Shown one piece after another: positions 1 to 8,360 of a stretch of 60,587 nt of DNA; the stretch's first letter is position 1, and each line of letters begins with the position of its first letter. The DNA comes from an uncultured Anaerolineae bacterium (GTDB taxonomy: Bacteria > Chloroflexota > Anaerolineae > VGOG01), in assembly GCA_964625745.1 (NCBI GenBank), contig CAZVCJ010000005.1:6514-67100 (forward strand). The letters run 5' to 3'. A program made the position numbers and the translations under genes. Below the pieces are notes generated by a model that worked only from the letters and a program-made list of their open reading frames with translations, did not search any database and was not told the DNA's origin.

Positions 1-254
1 TTCCAGAACCTGAGCTCGCCGCGAGCCAGTTGCGCCAGTTGGCCTCGTTCCCGCACAGCGGTGACATCATCGTCTTCGGCGCCTGGCGCGAGGATGGGGA
101 GGTGGTTTGCTTCGAGAATCAGGTGGCCAGCCACGGCGGCCTGGGTGGCCCCCAGGACTACCCCTTCATCATGTACCCCAGCGAGCTGAGCCTGAATTTG
201 GAGGACGTGACCAACGCCAGGGACCTGTATCCCCACTTTGCCGCTTACCTTTGA
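1..254 (+). CDS. 3' fragment of an alkaline-phosphatase-superfamily / type I phosphodiesterase-like gene (5' end outside window)
   Basis: Frame open from window edge to stop at 252-254. The C-terminal peptide ...CFENQVASHGGLGGPQDYPFIMYP resembles the SHGG metal-ligand end of AP-superfamily enzymes (motif memory only). Confidence 0.4.
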   Translation, partial: PEPELAASQLRQLASFPHSGDIIVFGAWREDGEVVCFENQVASHGGLGGPQDYPFIMYPSELSLNLEDVTNARDLYPHFAAYL

Positions 255-258
255 GAGG

Positions 259-308
259 GCAATGAGGAATGAGGAATGAGGCAACGAGGCAATGAGGATT
301 GAGAGTAG
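259..308. repeat. tandem word repeat (AATGAGG x3, CAACGAGG, CAATGAGG, ATTGAGAG)
   Basis: Read directly: gcaatgaggaatgaggaatgaggcaacgaggcaatgaggattgagag immediately after the stop of the upstream gene. Confidence 0.7.
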
Positions 309-314
309 CTGAGC

Positions 315-343
315 TTGACGCCGTTAGCTATCCAACGTATAAT
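315..343 (+). promoter_or_regulatory. sigma70-like promoter TTGACG-N17-TATAAT
   Basis: TTGACG at 315-320, 17-nt spacer, TATAAT at 338-343, pointing at the aminotransferase gene. Confidence 0.45.
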
Positions 344-350
344 ACCGAGT

Positions 351-505
351 GCAACCGTCCACTCCCTCTCCCTGCCAGGGAGAGGGCAGGGGTGAGGGTG
401 GGTTGTCGCCAACGAAAACAGGCACGCAACCAGAGACCGCCTGTCTGTAATGCCAGCATCCACCCTCCCCCAGCCCCTCCCTGAAAGGGCGGGGTGAACG
501 CTTGT
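351..505. mobile_element. 155-bp MITE-like element built from two inverted ~50-nt G/C-rich hairpin modules
   Basis: The left end (351-405) and the reverse complement of the right end (455-505) align at about 80%. Each end is itself a hairpin (CCCTCTCCCTgccAGGGAGAGGG). The element is flanked by the direct repeat ATACCGAGT (342-350 and 506-514). Confidence 0.55.
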
Positions 506-540
506 ATACCGAGTAACAGAGCATAGATTCGAGGAGGCAA

Positions 541-1614
541 ATGATGTACAAGAAGCTCTTTATCCCTGGTCCAACCCACGTGAGGGGCGAGATTCTGCAG
601 GAGATGGCCACGCCGATGATCGGCCATCGTTCTAAGGAGTACATGGCCCTACAAGCCGAAGTGACACCCAAGGTGCAAAAGCTGCTCTACACTGAGAACG
701 TGGTTTTTCTCTTCACCTCGGCCTCTTCAGGCCCCATGGAAGGGGCAGCGCGGAATTGCGTCCGGGACGGTAAGAAAGTACTGTGCACCATCAATGGCGC
801 CTTTGCCGAACGCTGGCACGAGATGGTGCTGGCCAATGGCAAGGAGGCTGACGTAGTGGAGGTGGAATGGGGCAAAGCCATCACCCCGGAGCTGGTCGAG
901 GCCAGGCTGTCCAGCGGCCAGTACGACGCCATGACTCTGACGCACAACGAGACCTCCACCGGCGTGATGAACAACCTCTACGAGATCGCGGAGGTGATGA
1001 AGAAGTACCCCGACGTCTGCTGGCTGGTGGACGCGGTCAGCTCCATGGCCGGGGCCAGGATCGAGGTGGACAGGCTGGGCATAGACGTTTGCATCGCCGG
1101 GGTGCAGAAAGCCTTCGCTCTGCCGCCTGGCCTCGCGGTGTGCTCCGTCAGTCAGAAAGCCTTCGACCGGGCCGGCGAGGTAAAGAATCGAGGCTGGTAC
1201 TTCGATTTCCTCGTCATGCTCAAGTACTACCAGAGGAATCAAACCCCGGCCACGCCGAGCATTAGTCACATCTTCGCGCTGAACAGGCAAATGGACGACA
1301 TCCTGGCCGAGGGGCTGGATGCCCGTTTTCAACGCCACATTGACATGGCCGAGTTCACCCGCGATTGGGCCCGCCGGCACTTCGCCCTCTACGCCGACGA
1401 GCGCTACCTCTCCAACACCCTCACCACCATCGTCAACACCAGGGGACTCAGCGTGCCCGAGCTGAACCAGGCCCTGGCCGAACACGGGGCCGTGATCGGC
1501 GATGGCTACGGCAAGCTGAAAGGGCAAATCTTCCGCATCGCCCACATGGGCGACCTCACCCTGGACGACCTGCGCTGGGTTACGGGTCTGATCGAGGAGA
1601 TATGGAATCTGTAG
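541..1614 (+). CDS. class V (AGXT/SerC-type) pyridoxal-phosphate aminotransferase, probably phosphoserine/serine-pyruvate aminotransferase
   Basis: 357-aa ORF with RBS GAGGAGG 6 nt upstream. N-terminus KKLFIPGPTHV and overall length are typical of class V aminotransferases. It lies directly upstream of serA. Confidence 0.8.
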   Translation: MMYKKLFIPGPTHVRGEILQEMATPMIGHRSKEYMALQAEVTPKVQKLLYTENVVFLFTSASSGPMEGAARNCVRDGKKVLCTINGAFAERWHEMVLANGKEADVVEVEWGKAITPELVEARLSSGQYDAMTLTHNETSTGVMNNLYEIAEVMKKYPDVCWLVDAVSSMAGARIEVDRLGIDVCIAGVQKAFALPPGLAVCSVSQKAFDRAGEVKNRGWYFDFLVMLKYYQRNQTPATPSISHIFALNRQMDDILAEGLDARFQRHIDMAEFTRDWARRHFALYADERYLSNTLTTIVNTRGLSVPELNQALAEHGAVIGDGYGKLKGQIFRIAHMGDLTLDDLRWVTGLIEEIWNL

Positions 1615-1675
1615 CTAGTTGGTACATTTCTACCAATCACCAGCCTACCGATTACTTGATGGAGGTAATCTGACA

Positions 1676-2614
1676 ATGCCTGCACTGAGCCCTGCCGAAG
1701 TGAAAGTCATAGTTAGCGATCCCATCGCCGACAAAGGCGTGGAAATGATGCGGCAGGCTGGCATCGAAGTAGATGTCAGGACCGGCCTGGCCCCTGAGGA
1801 GCTGGAGAGAACCATCGGCGACTACGACGTCATCGTGGTCCGCAGCGCGACCAAGGTGCGGAAGCCGCTCATCGAGGCGGGCAAAAATCTGAAGCTGATC
1901 GTTCGCGCCGGCGTGGGCCTGGACAACGTGGACGCCGAATGCGCCCAGGCCAGGGGAATCGAGGTGATGAACACCCCCGCAGCCAGTTCGAACGCGGTGG
2001 CTGAGCTGACCGTCGGCTACCTGTTCGCACTGGCACGTCAGATCCCGCAGACCACGGCCTCAATGAGAGCCAGAAAGTGGGAGAAGAAGAAATTCAGCGG
2101 CAGTGAGATCGCGGGCCAGACGCTGGGCCTGGTGGGCTACGGCCGCATCGGCTGGCTGGTGGCTAAGAAGGCCCTGGCTCTGGGGATGGACATCGTCGCC
2201 TACGATCCCTACGTCGCCGATCCCAGGGGGCTGGAGATGGAATTTGTCTCCCTGGAGGAGCTGTTGCAGAGAGCCGACTACATCTCCATGCACCTGCCCC
2301 TGACCGATGAGACCCGCAACCTGATAGACGCCCCCCAGTTTGAGACCATGAAAGACGGCGTGCGCATCATCAACTGCGCCAGAGGGGGCACCATCAACGA
2401 AGACGCCCTCTACGAAGCAATTGTGTCAGGCAAAGTAGCAGGGGCAGCCCTGGACGTCTATCTTCAAGAGCCAGCCCAGGACAACAAGCTTTTCGAGCTG
2501 GATGAAGTGATCGGCTCCCCCCACATCGGGGCAGCAACGGTCGAGGCCCAGCATCGAGTGAGCACTGAAGTCGCCGAGAGGGTGATCGAATTCCAGAAGT
2601 GCCTCGGGAGATGA
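1676..2614 (+). CDS. serA: D-3-phosphoglycerate dehydrogenase (short form) / D-2-hydroxyacid dehydrogenase
   Basis: NAD-binding GLVGYGRIG motif; catalytic-region motifs RGG..DE.AL and GSPHIGA. ATG at 1676 preferred over the track start 1619 because GGAGG lies at 1661-1665. Confidence 0.85.
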   Translation: MPALSPAEVKVIVSDPIADKGVEMMRQAGIEVDVRTGLAPEELERTIGDYDVIVVRSATKVRKPLIEAGKNLKLIVRAGVGLDNVDAECAQARGIEVMNTPAASSNAVAELTVGYLFALARQIPQTTASMRARKWEKKKFSGSEIAGQTLGLVGYGRIGWLVAKKALALGMDIVAYDPYVADPRGLEMEFVSLEELLQRADYISMHLPLTDETRNLIDAPQFETMKDGVRIINCARGGTINEDALYEAIVSGKVAGAALDVYLQEPAQDNKLFELDEVIGSPHIGAATVEAQHRVSTEVAERVIEFQKCLGR

Positions 2615-2624
2615 CCGCTCAGCA

Positions 2625-2703
2625 GTTCCCCTGAGTTCCTCCGAGTTCCCTCTTGCCTCACAGGAACTCAGGGGAACTCGTAGGAACTCTGGCAACCCTT
2701 TTT
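2625..2703 (+). terminator. long perfect hairpin plus T-run after serA
   Basis: GTTCCCCTGAGTTCCT (2625-2640) pairs perfectly with AGGAACTCAGGGGAAC (2662-2677); CCCTTTTTCTG follows. Confidence 0.6.
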
Positions 2704-2751
2704 CTGAACCAAACGTAGTCTGCTTTTTCATAACTCAACGGGGAGGAGAGA

Positions 2752-3639
2752 ATGAGCAGTAAGAGCTGCGAACCAGAGCCAGAATTGAAGATCGTGCCCG
2801 TCAAAGACATCATCATCCACGAACACTTTGACAAGACCAGATCCCCTAAGCTGGCCAAAATGATCGAGAAAGCCGGGGTCTTGCAGGATCCTCCCATCGT
2901 GGCCAGGCTGGGAGGGGGAAAATACGTCCACCTGGATGGCGCCAACAGGATCACCGTATTCCGAGAAGAGAATCTGCTCAACTGCCAGCACATCCTGGTA
3001 CAAATAGTGGACTACTTCGATCCAGAGAGCGTAAAAGTGAGCAGTTGGTGCCACTTGACTCAGCAGGACAAAGGCCCTTTCCTGTCCCGACTTAAGGACA
3101 GGAGCATCGAGCCTCTACCAATGGACTGCGATGCTGCGAGAGCTCTGGTATCGGAAGGAGAGGGAGTCTTGTGCTGCCTCTTCTTCCGGGATGGAGATGT
3201 CTTCGGGGTGAAGGGCGGAAGCGATTTTGAGTCACGGGTCAAGCTAATGAACGAGGTGGTCAGGACTTATGAGGGAAGGATAGAACGCGATCATCTTGAG
3301 CCTGAAGAGGGTGATTGGAAAAGGCAAATCAATGGTCTATTTGAAAAGCACGATGATTGCAACCTGATCGTCGCTTTCCCCAGGTTTACTCCAGAACAGG
3401 TTGTGCAGATAGCTACCAATCTTGCCGTTGGTAAGAACGGAGAAAATGCAGTCAAAATGCCCCCTGGAGTAACGAGACACATCGTGTTAGAGGGTAGAGC
3501 TTTGAGGATCAACTTCCCGCTGTCGGTGCTGAAGGCAGAAGGGATGTCGTTGGAGGAGAAGAACGAGGTGCTGAAAGAGTTTCTCAGAAAGAAGAAGCCC
3601 CGGCGTTACGAAGAACCGACGTTCATGTACGACGAATAG
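2752..3639 (+). CDS. ParB/Srx-fold protein, candidate SbnI/SerK-type free L-serine kinase
   Basis: N-terminus IVPVKDIIIHEHFD...PPIV...KYVHLDGANR follows the ParB/sulfiredoxin N-domain pattern. C-terminal PPGVTRH...LRINFPLSVLK...RRYEEPTFMYDE resembles what I recall of SbnI. RBS GGGGAGGAG. Visibly AT-richer than the neighbouring genes. Confidence 0.5.
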   Translation: MSSKSCEPEPELKIVPVKDIIIHEHFDKTRSPKLAKMIEKAGVLQDPPIVARLGGGKYVHLDGANRITVFREENLLNCQHILVQIVDYFDPESVKVSSWCHLTQQDKGPFLSRLKDRSIEPLPMDCDAARALVSEGEGVLCCLFFRDGDVFGVKGGSDFESRVKLMNEVVRTYEGRIERDHLEPEEGDWKRQINGLFEKHDDCNLIVAFPRFTPEQVVQIATNLAVGKNGENAVKMPPGVTRHIVLEGRALRINFPLSVLKAEGMSLEEKNEVLKEFLRKKKPRRYEEPTFMYDE

Positions 3640-3743
3640 ATTCCCTCTAGCAGCCTGTCGGAGAGGGCATGCTCCCAGACTTCGGAAGTCTTCTCCGACA
3701 AGCTCCTGGCAGCGTAGTACACTTACTCTCCAAGGAGACTGCC

Positions 3744-6700
3744 ATGCCGATCACGCCCGAGATCATCCGTAGTCACCTGGCCGAGCTTCCCCGCCGTCGC
3801 TCCCTCGACGCCGCCCTGGAGCTCTTCGACGCCCTGGGCTACGGGTACGCCGACGAGCTGCCCCTCCCCACCCGCGACTGGCCTGCGGGCGTGCAAAGCC
3901 TGGTGAGCCAAAACGCCGAGTCCCCCATCTACCTGGCCCAGCACCGCGACTTCCACGTGGTCTACACCCACCTCACCACCGATGACCTGTTCCGTACTGT
4001 TGAACGGCCCATCGTGGAGCACACCCTGCACAAGCTGCATCCCTACGCCCTGTTCGTCTTCGCCAACCGCGACCTGACGCTGTGGGATTTCGTCAACGTG
4101 AAGTACGCGGCCGAGGACGGCGCCCGCCCCTTCGACCAGGCTCAGGGCAGGCGCCGCACCATCCGCCGCATCCACGTGGGGCCGACGGAGCGGCTGCACA
4201 CCGCCGCCCAGCGCGTGGCCCTGCTGGCCGTGCCCGCTCCCGACACCAGCGCCCTCGAACTGCAAAGCCGCCACGACCAGGCTTTCGACGTCGAAGAGGT
4301 CACCAGGCAGTTCTACCGCGACTACGTGGGGGTATTCGACGCGCTGTGCAAGGACATCGCCCGGCGCAATCCCCACTGCCCGGCCGAGATCGAGGCCCAG
4401 CAACTCCTCGACCGCCTGCTGTTCCTCTACTTCATCCAGAAGAAAGGCTGGCTCGACGGCCAACTCGACTATCTCTACCAGCACTTCCAGGCCCACTACC
4501 GGGCCGATCCAGACGGCACCAGCTTCTACGGCGATTTCCTCTTCCCCCTGTTCGTGGCCCTGTCCAACGAGGGCGCGGCCTTCCCCAGCCTGGGCGACGT
4601 CCCCTTCCTCAACGGCGGCCTGTTCGAGGTATCTGCTGACACGCCCCTGGCCGATCAACTCGTCGTGGGCAACGCGGTCTTCCATTCCGTATTCGATGAC
4701 CTGCTGGAGCGCTACAACTTCACCGTGCGTGAGGACACCCCGCTGGACGTGGAGGTGGCCATTGATCCGGAGATGCTGGGCCAGATCTTCGAGAACCTGG
4801 TGTTGGGTCTGGAGCGGGGCGAAGACCGCCGCAAGGCCACCGGCTCCTACTACACCCCCCGCGTCATCGTCCACTTCATGTGCCGCCAGGCCCTCAAAGA
4901 ATGTCTGGCCGCCGAGAGCGGCCTCGATCCCGCCCGCCTGGAAGCGCTGATGGACGTCGGCCCGGCCGAGCAGTTGACGCCAGAAGAGGTGGCTGAGCTG
5001 GGCGAGACGATCACCGAGCCGCAAGCTCGCCTGTTGCGCGGGTTGGTGGAGGGAGCGCGGGTGCTCGATCCCGCCGTGGGGTCGGGCGCTTTCCTGGTGG
5101 GGATGCTCTACCAGATGGTGGCCCTGACCAGGCTGCTGGACGTGCGGCTGCACGGTCAGAAGCGGGTGCAGCGTCGCAACTACGACTACGACCTCAAGCG
5201 GGGCTTCATCGAGCGCAACCTGTACGGGGTGGACATCCAGTCCGAGGCAGTGCGCATCTGCGAGCTGCGGCTGTGGCTCAGCCTGATGGTGGACTACGAG
5301 CGGCGGGCTGGCGAAGCAGTGCCCACCCTGCCCAACCTGAGCTACCGCGTGCGGGTGGGCGACAGCCTGATCGAGCGGCTGTTTGGCGAGCCGGTGCAAC
5401 TGGACGAGCTGGCTGACGACGCCGTGGCCCGCCAACTGATTGACCGCATCCAGACCGAGAAGCGAGGCTATTTCCAAGAGCCCAACCTGTGGGAGAAACA
5501 GCGGCGCGAGCTGCGCATCCTGGGGCTACTGTGCGAGCTGGCGGCCAAACTGGTGGGAGCCAAGCGAGGCGCCGTGCTGACCCAGATGTCGGCGCAGGTG
5601 CCCTCAATGGGTGACGAGTTTTTGTCCAGGGAGCATCGCAAACTGAAAGAAGCGTTTGAGGCGGAGCTGACCCGCTACGCCGGTCTGATGGAACAGGTGA
5701 AGGGAGTGTACGACCAGGTGCGGGCCATGCAGAATGGCGAAGTGGGGGACGTGGGCGCCCTCCGCGCCCAACTGGGGCTGTCCTTCTTATGGCGGCTGGA
5801 CTTTGCCGAGGTCTTCGCCGACAAGGGTGGGTTTGACGTGGTGATCGCCAATCCGCCGTACATCCGCCAGGAGCGGTTCTCTGACCAGAAGCCGCTGCTC
5901 AAAGCAGCCTTCACCGACGTGTACCACGGCGTGGCCGACCTGTACGTCTACTTCTATCGCCGGGGATTGGCCCTGGCCCGGCCAAAGGGTGTGCTGACCT
6001 TCATCAGCTCCAACAAGTTCTTCCGCGCCGGTTACGGTCAGGGGTTGCGCGCCTACCTGCGGGACAACACCTGGTTGAAGACCGTGATTGACTTTGGCGA
6101 CCTGCCCATCTTTGAGGCCACCACTTACCCCTGCGTGCTGGTAACTGCCAATCGTCGTCCTGGCGATGGCGAGGCGGCGGCGCAAGCGCTGAACGTGCGC
6201 AGCATGGCCACGTTGGAATACCTGGCCGACGCCGTGCAGCGCGAGGGTTGGCCCCAGCCGCAGCGAAGCCTGCGTCGTGACGGGTGGGCCTTTGAGCGGC
6301 CCGAAGTGTTGACCCTGTTGGAGAAGTTGCGCCGCAGCGGGACGCCGCTGGGGGAGTACATAGGTGGGCGGTTCTATCGGGGCATTGTAACCGGGCTGAA
6401 CGAAGCTTTTGTCATTGACCAAGCCACCCGGGACCGGCTCATGGCCGAGGATCCCCACAGTGCAGCGATCATCAAACCCTGGTTGCAAGGACGGGACATC
6501 AAACGATGGCGGGTGAATTGGCCACAGTTGTATTTGCTGTACGTAGGGTGGGATTGCAAGATCAAACGTTACCCTGCCGCCTTGGCACACCTCAAACGAT
6601 TCAAAAAGGCGTTAGCGAAAAGGCCAGAGGTCAAAGATGGACGCTTCCCTTGGTACGCCCTCAGTCGTTATGCTTCCCAGTACTACCTGGAGTTTGATAA

Positions 6701-7109
6701 ACCGAAGATAGTATGGCCTAATCTGTGTATTGAACCTCGCTTTGCTTTGGATCTTGAAAAGTGTTATGTGAGTGCCCCTGCCAATATTCTGCCTATCGCA
6801 CCGGATGAGTTATTCCTGGTAGGCATCCTGAATTCATCAGCGGTGTCTTGGTTTATGAAGCAAATCGCGGCTGAGCGAGCAGGTGGCTTTATCGAGTACA
6901 AACCCATCTACGTAACTCAGATACCCATCCCGGATACTACCCCAATCCAACGCGCCGCCATCGAAGCCCTGGTGCGCAAGCTGCTGGATGCGGAGGGCCA
7001 GGGGCCACAGGTGGCGGAGTGGGAGCGGGAGTTGAATGGGCTGGTGTATGAGTTGTATGGGTTGACGGAGGGGGACGTTGGGATGGTGGAGGGTTTGGAC
7101 CACGAATGA
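3744..7109 (+). CDS. large type IIG / PglX-like N6-adenine DNA methyltransferase with C-terminal TaqI-like specificity region
   Basis: Motifs GSYYTP, DPAVGSGAFLV (AdoMet motif I), VIANPPY (motif IV) and GIVTGLNEAFVI (TRD). Tail EWERELNGLVYELYGLTEGDV is typical of this family. ATG 3744 with AAGGAG RBS preferred over the track start 3669. I could not recognise a PD-(D/E)xK motif in the N-terminus. Confidence 0.85.
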   Translation: MPITPEIIRSHLAELPRRRSLDAALELFDALGYGYADELPLPTRDWPAGVQSLVSQNAESPIYLAQHRDFHVVYTHLTTDDLFRTVERPIVEHTLHKLHPYALFVFANRDLTLWDFVNVKYAAEDGARPFDQAQGRRRTIRRIHVGPTERLHTAAQRVALLAVPAPDTSALELQSRHDQAFDVEEVTRQFYRDYVGVFDALCKDIARRNPHCPAEIEAQQLLDRLLFLYFIQKKGWLDGQLDYLYQHFQAHYRADPDGTSFYGDFLFPLFVALSNEGAAFPSLGDVPFLNGGLFEVSADTPLADQLVVGNAVFHSVFDDLLERYNFTVREDTPLDVEVAIDPEMLGQIFENLVLGLERGEDRRKATGSYYTPRVIVHFMCRQALKECLAAESGLDPARLEALMDVGPAEQLTPEEVAELGETITEPQARLLRGLVEGARVLDPAVGSGAFLVGMLYQMVALTRLLDVRLHGQKRVQRRNYDYDLKRGFIERNLYGVDIQSEAVRICELRLWLSLMVDYERRAGEAVPTLPNLSYRVRVGDSLIERLFGEPVQLDELADDAVARQLIDRIQTEKRGYFQEPNLWEKQRRELRILGLLCELAAKLVGAKRGAVLTQMSAQVPSMGDEFLSREHRKLKEAFEAELTRYAGLMEQVKGVYDQVRAMQNGEVGDVGALRAQLGLSFLWRLDFAEVFADKGGFDVVIANPPYIRQERFSDQKPLLKAAFTDVYHGVADLYVYFYRRGLALARPKGVLTFISSNKFFRAGYGQGLRAYLRDNTWLKTVIDFGDLPIFEATTYPCVLVTANRRPGDGEAAAQALNVRSMATLEYLADAVQREGWPQPQRSLRRDGWAFERPEVLTLLEKLRRSGTPLGEYIGGRFYRGIVTGLNEAFVIDQATRDRLMAEDPHSAAIIKPWLQGRDIKRWRVNWPQLYLLYVGWDCKIKRYPAALAHLKRFKKALAKRPEVKDGRFPWYALSRYASQYYLEFDKPKIVWPNLCIEPRFALDLEKCYVSAPANILPIAPDELFLVGILNSSAVSWFMKQIAAERAGGFIEYKPIYVTQIPIPDTTPIQRAAIEALVRKLLDAEGQGPQVAEWERELNGLVYELYGLTEGDVGMVEGLDHE

Positions 7110-7272
7110 CACGAAAGGGGGCGAAAGGCACGAAAGGGCTTCGTGCTTTTCGTGGCTTTTCGCTTGTTTCGTGATCCAAAGCACCGACGCGGAGATTGAC
7201 GCGCTGGTGTATGAGTTGTATGCGTTGACGGAGGAGGAAGTGAACGTGGTGGAGGGAGTGAGGACCTCGTAG
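7040..7272 (+). repeat. tail-hairpin-tail module, copy 1 (methyltransferase 3' end, about 80-nt imperfect palindrome, second tail)
   Basis: Contains ...LVYELYGLTEGDVGMVEGLDHE*, then the palindrome 7097-7176 built from CACGAAAGG words and their complements, then a second tail AEIDALVYELYALTEEEVNVVEG. Core 7086-7238 is repeated at 9335-9490 and 10827-10985. Confidence 0.85.
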
Positions 7273-7403
7273 CCAAGGCGGACTCACTGCTAGCGCCCCT
7301 TGAGCAGGGAGACAAGTCAGAAGCCAAGCGCTTGGAAGCGGAAGTTGATCCTATGGTGCAGGCGCTATATGGAGGTAAGCAAGCCGAGTGAAAGGAGAAG
7401 CCC

Positions 7404-8360
7404 GTGTCTGAAGAGATTCACTGCGAAGTGCTTAGGATTACATGGCCCGACTGGTCGTCAGTTTCCGATGAATCGAAAGAGAACATCTGGCAAGTACTGA
7501 GCCAGCGGGTTGAGGATGGAGAAGCCCCCAGCCGCAGAGGCTTCGTGGGGGCAACCAGGTTTGAGGACATCATTGCTGGATTTTTCGCTCACGAGGGTCG
7601 CCGCTTGGGAGTTCAATATGATGAGGATTGGAACAAAGAAGATAGGGAAGCTGCAGAGTTTGAGCATCTATTCTTCGCTTTGGTTCTCAGTCAAGGACAA
7701 GTTATACTGCAGCGCAAGCGGATCGGCCGCGAGTTCGTCACGATCAATATGCGGACGATGCGACGCGAATTTTTCAATTTGCTTGGAGTGGTGTTCCAGC
7801 GTGCTGGCTTTCCCAGTGATCGCATCGTCAGGCAACCATTTCACGAGGAACGCCAAAAGGATTACCTCATCCAGATCTTCAACACTTATCCATCTACATT
7901 GATTAGAGTAAGTAACTTGTTGGGTCGGAAGGTGCCTGAAGATGTAAGACTATTCAATCCAGATATTGATAAGGATTTGATACTCAAGCAAGTGCTTAAC
8001 GGTGATTACCAGCATGTGGACGAGCTTGAAGCGAAGGCTGGGGAAACGGAGGACAGCGACCTACGGAACGCGACGTCGATTAGAGCTGCAATGCTCGCCG
8101 GAGACCCTAGAGAAGTACGAGCTATTGTAGAAGCGCAAGAGAGAACGTTCAGGAAGACCCAGCATGAACGGTTTACCATGCAGCTTGACACCGAAACGGG
8201 CGAGCAAGTCAAGGAGGCAGACCTGGACCGGGTGGTCAGAATCATACGAACAGAGTATTTCATTCCAGAGCACTTAGTGCGGTCACAGGTCAGTCTGGGT
8301 CCGTTGTTTGACTGGGCAAAAGAGAAGGATGATGCCAGCGATGACAGACAAAGTGGATGA
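7404..8360 (+). CDS. hypothetical cytosolic protein (318 aa), no recognisable domain
   Basis: GTG start preceded by AAAGGAG. AT-richer than surroundings. Its 3' end overlaps the start of the next ORF. Confidence 0.6.
   Translation: MSEEIHCEVLRITWPDWSSVSDESKENIWQVLSQRVEDGEAPSRRGFVGATRFEDIIAGFFAHEGRRLGVQYDEDWNKEDREAAEFEHLFFALVLSQGQVILQRKRIGREFVTINMRTMRREFFNLLGVVFQRAGFPSDRIVRQPFHEERQKDYLIQIFNTYPSTLIRVSNLLGRKVPEDVRLFNPDIDKDLILKQVLNGDYQHVDELEAKAGETEDSDLRNATSIRAAMLAGDPREVRAIVEAQERTFRKTQHERFTMQLDTETGEQVKEADLDRVVRIIRTEYFIPEHLVRSQVSLGPLFDWAKEKDDASDDRQSG

Noticed and set aside
2752-3639. ParB-like protein as a chromosome or plasmid partition gene, or as a core subunit of the defence system
   Set aside because: There is no ParA or parS-like repeats, and no HTH or dimerisation region typical of ParB. 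The C-terminal half and the serA linkage fit an SbnI/SerK-type kinase better. The defence association is kept only as an alternative hypothesis.
3723-5477. 584-aa ORF antisense to the methyltransferase. Similar long antisense ORFs occur at 12235-13989, 15643-16854, 21429-22481, 41301-43721, 48237-49268, 49762-50874, 51123-53150 and 55078-56292.
   Set aside because: These are typical shadow ORFs of high-GC DNA. They are Arg/Gly/Ala/His/Gln-rich low-complexity translations with no motifs and no RBS. Each lies opposite a gene with unambiguous conserved motifs.
7078-7272. 64-aa ORF across the first hairpin, and similar ORFs at 9179-9559 and 10626-10925
   Set aside because: They are translations of the palindrome and tail remnants, repeated in each module, with no independent start signals.
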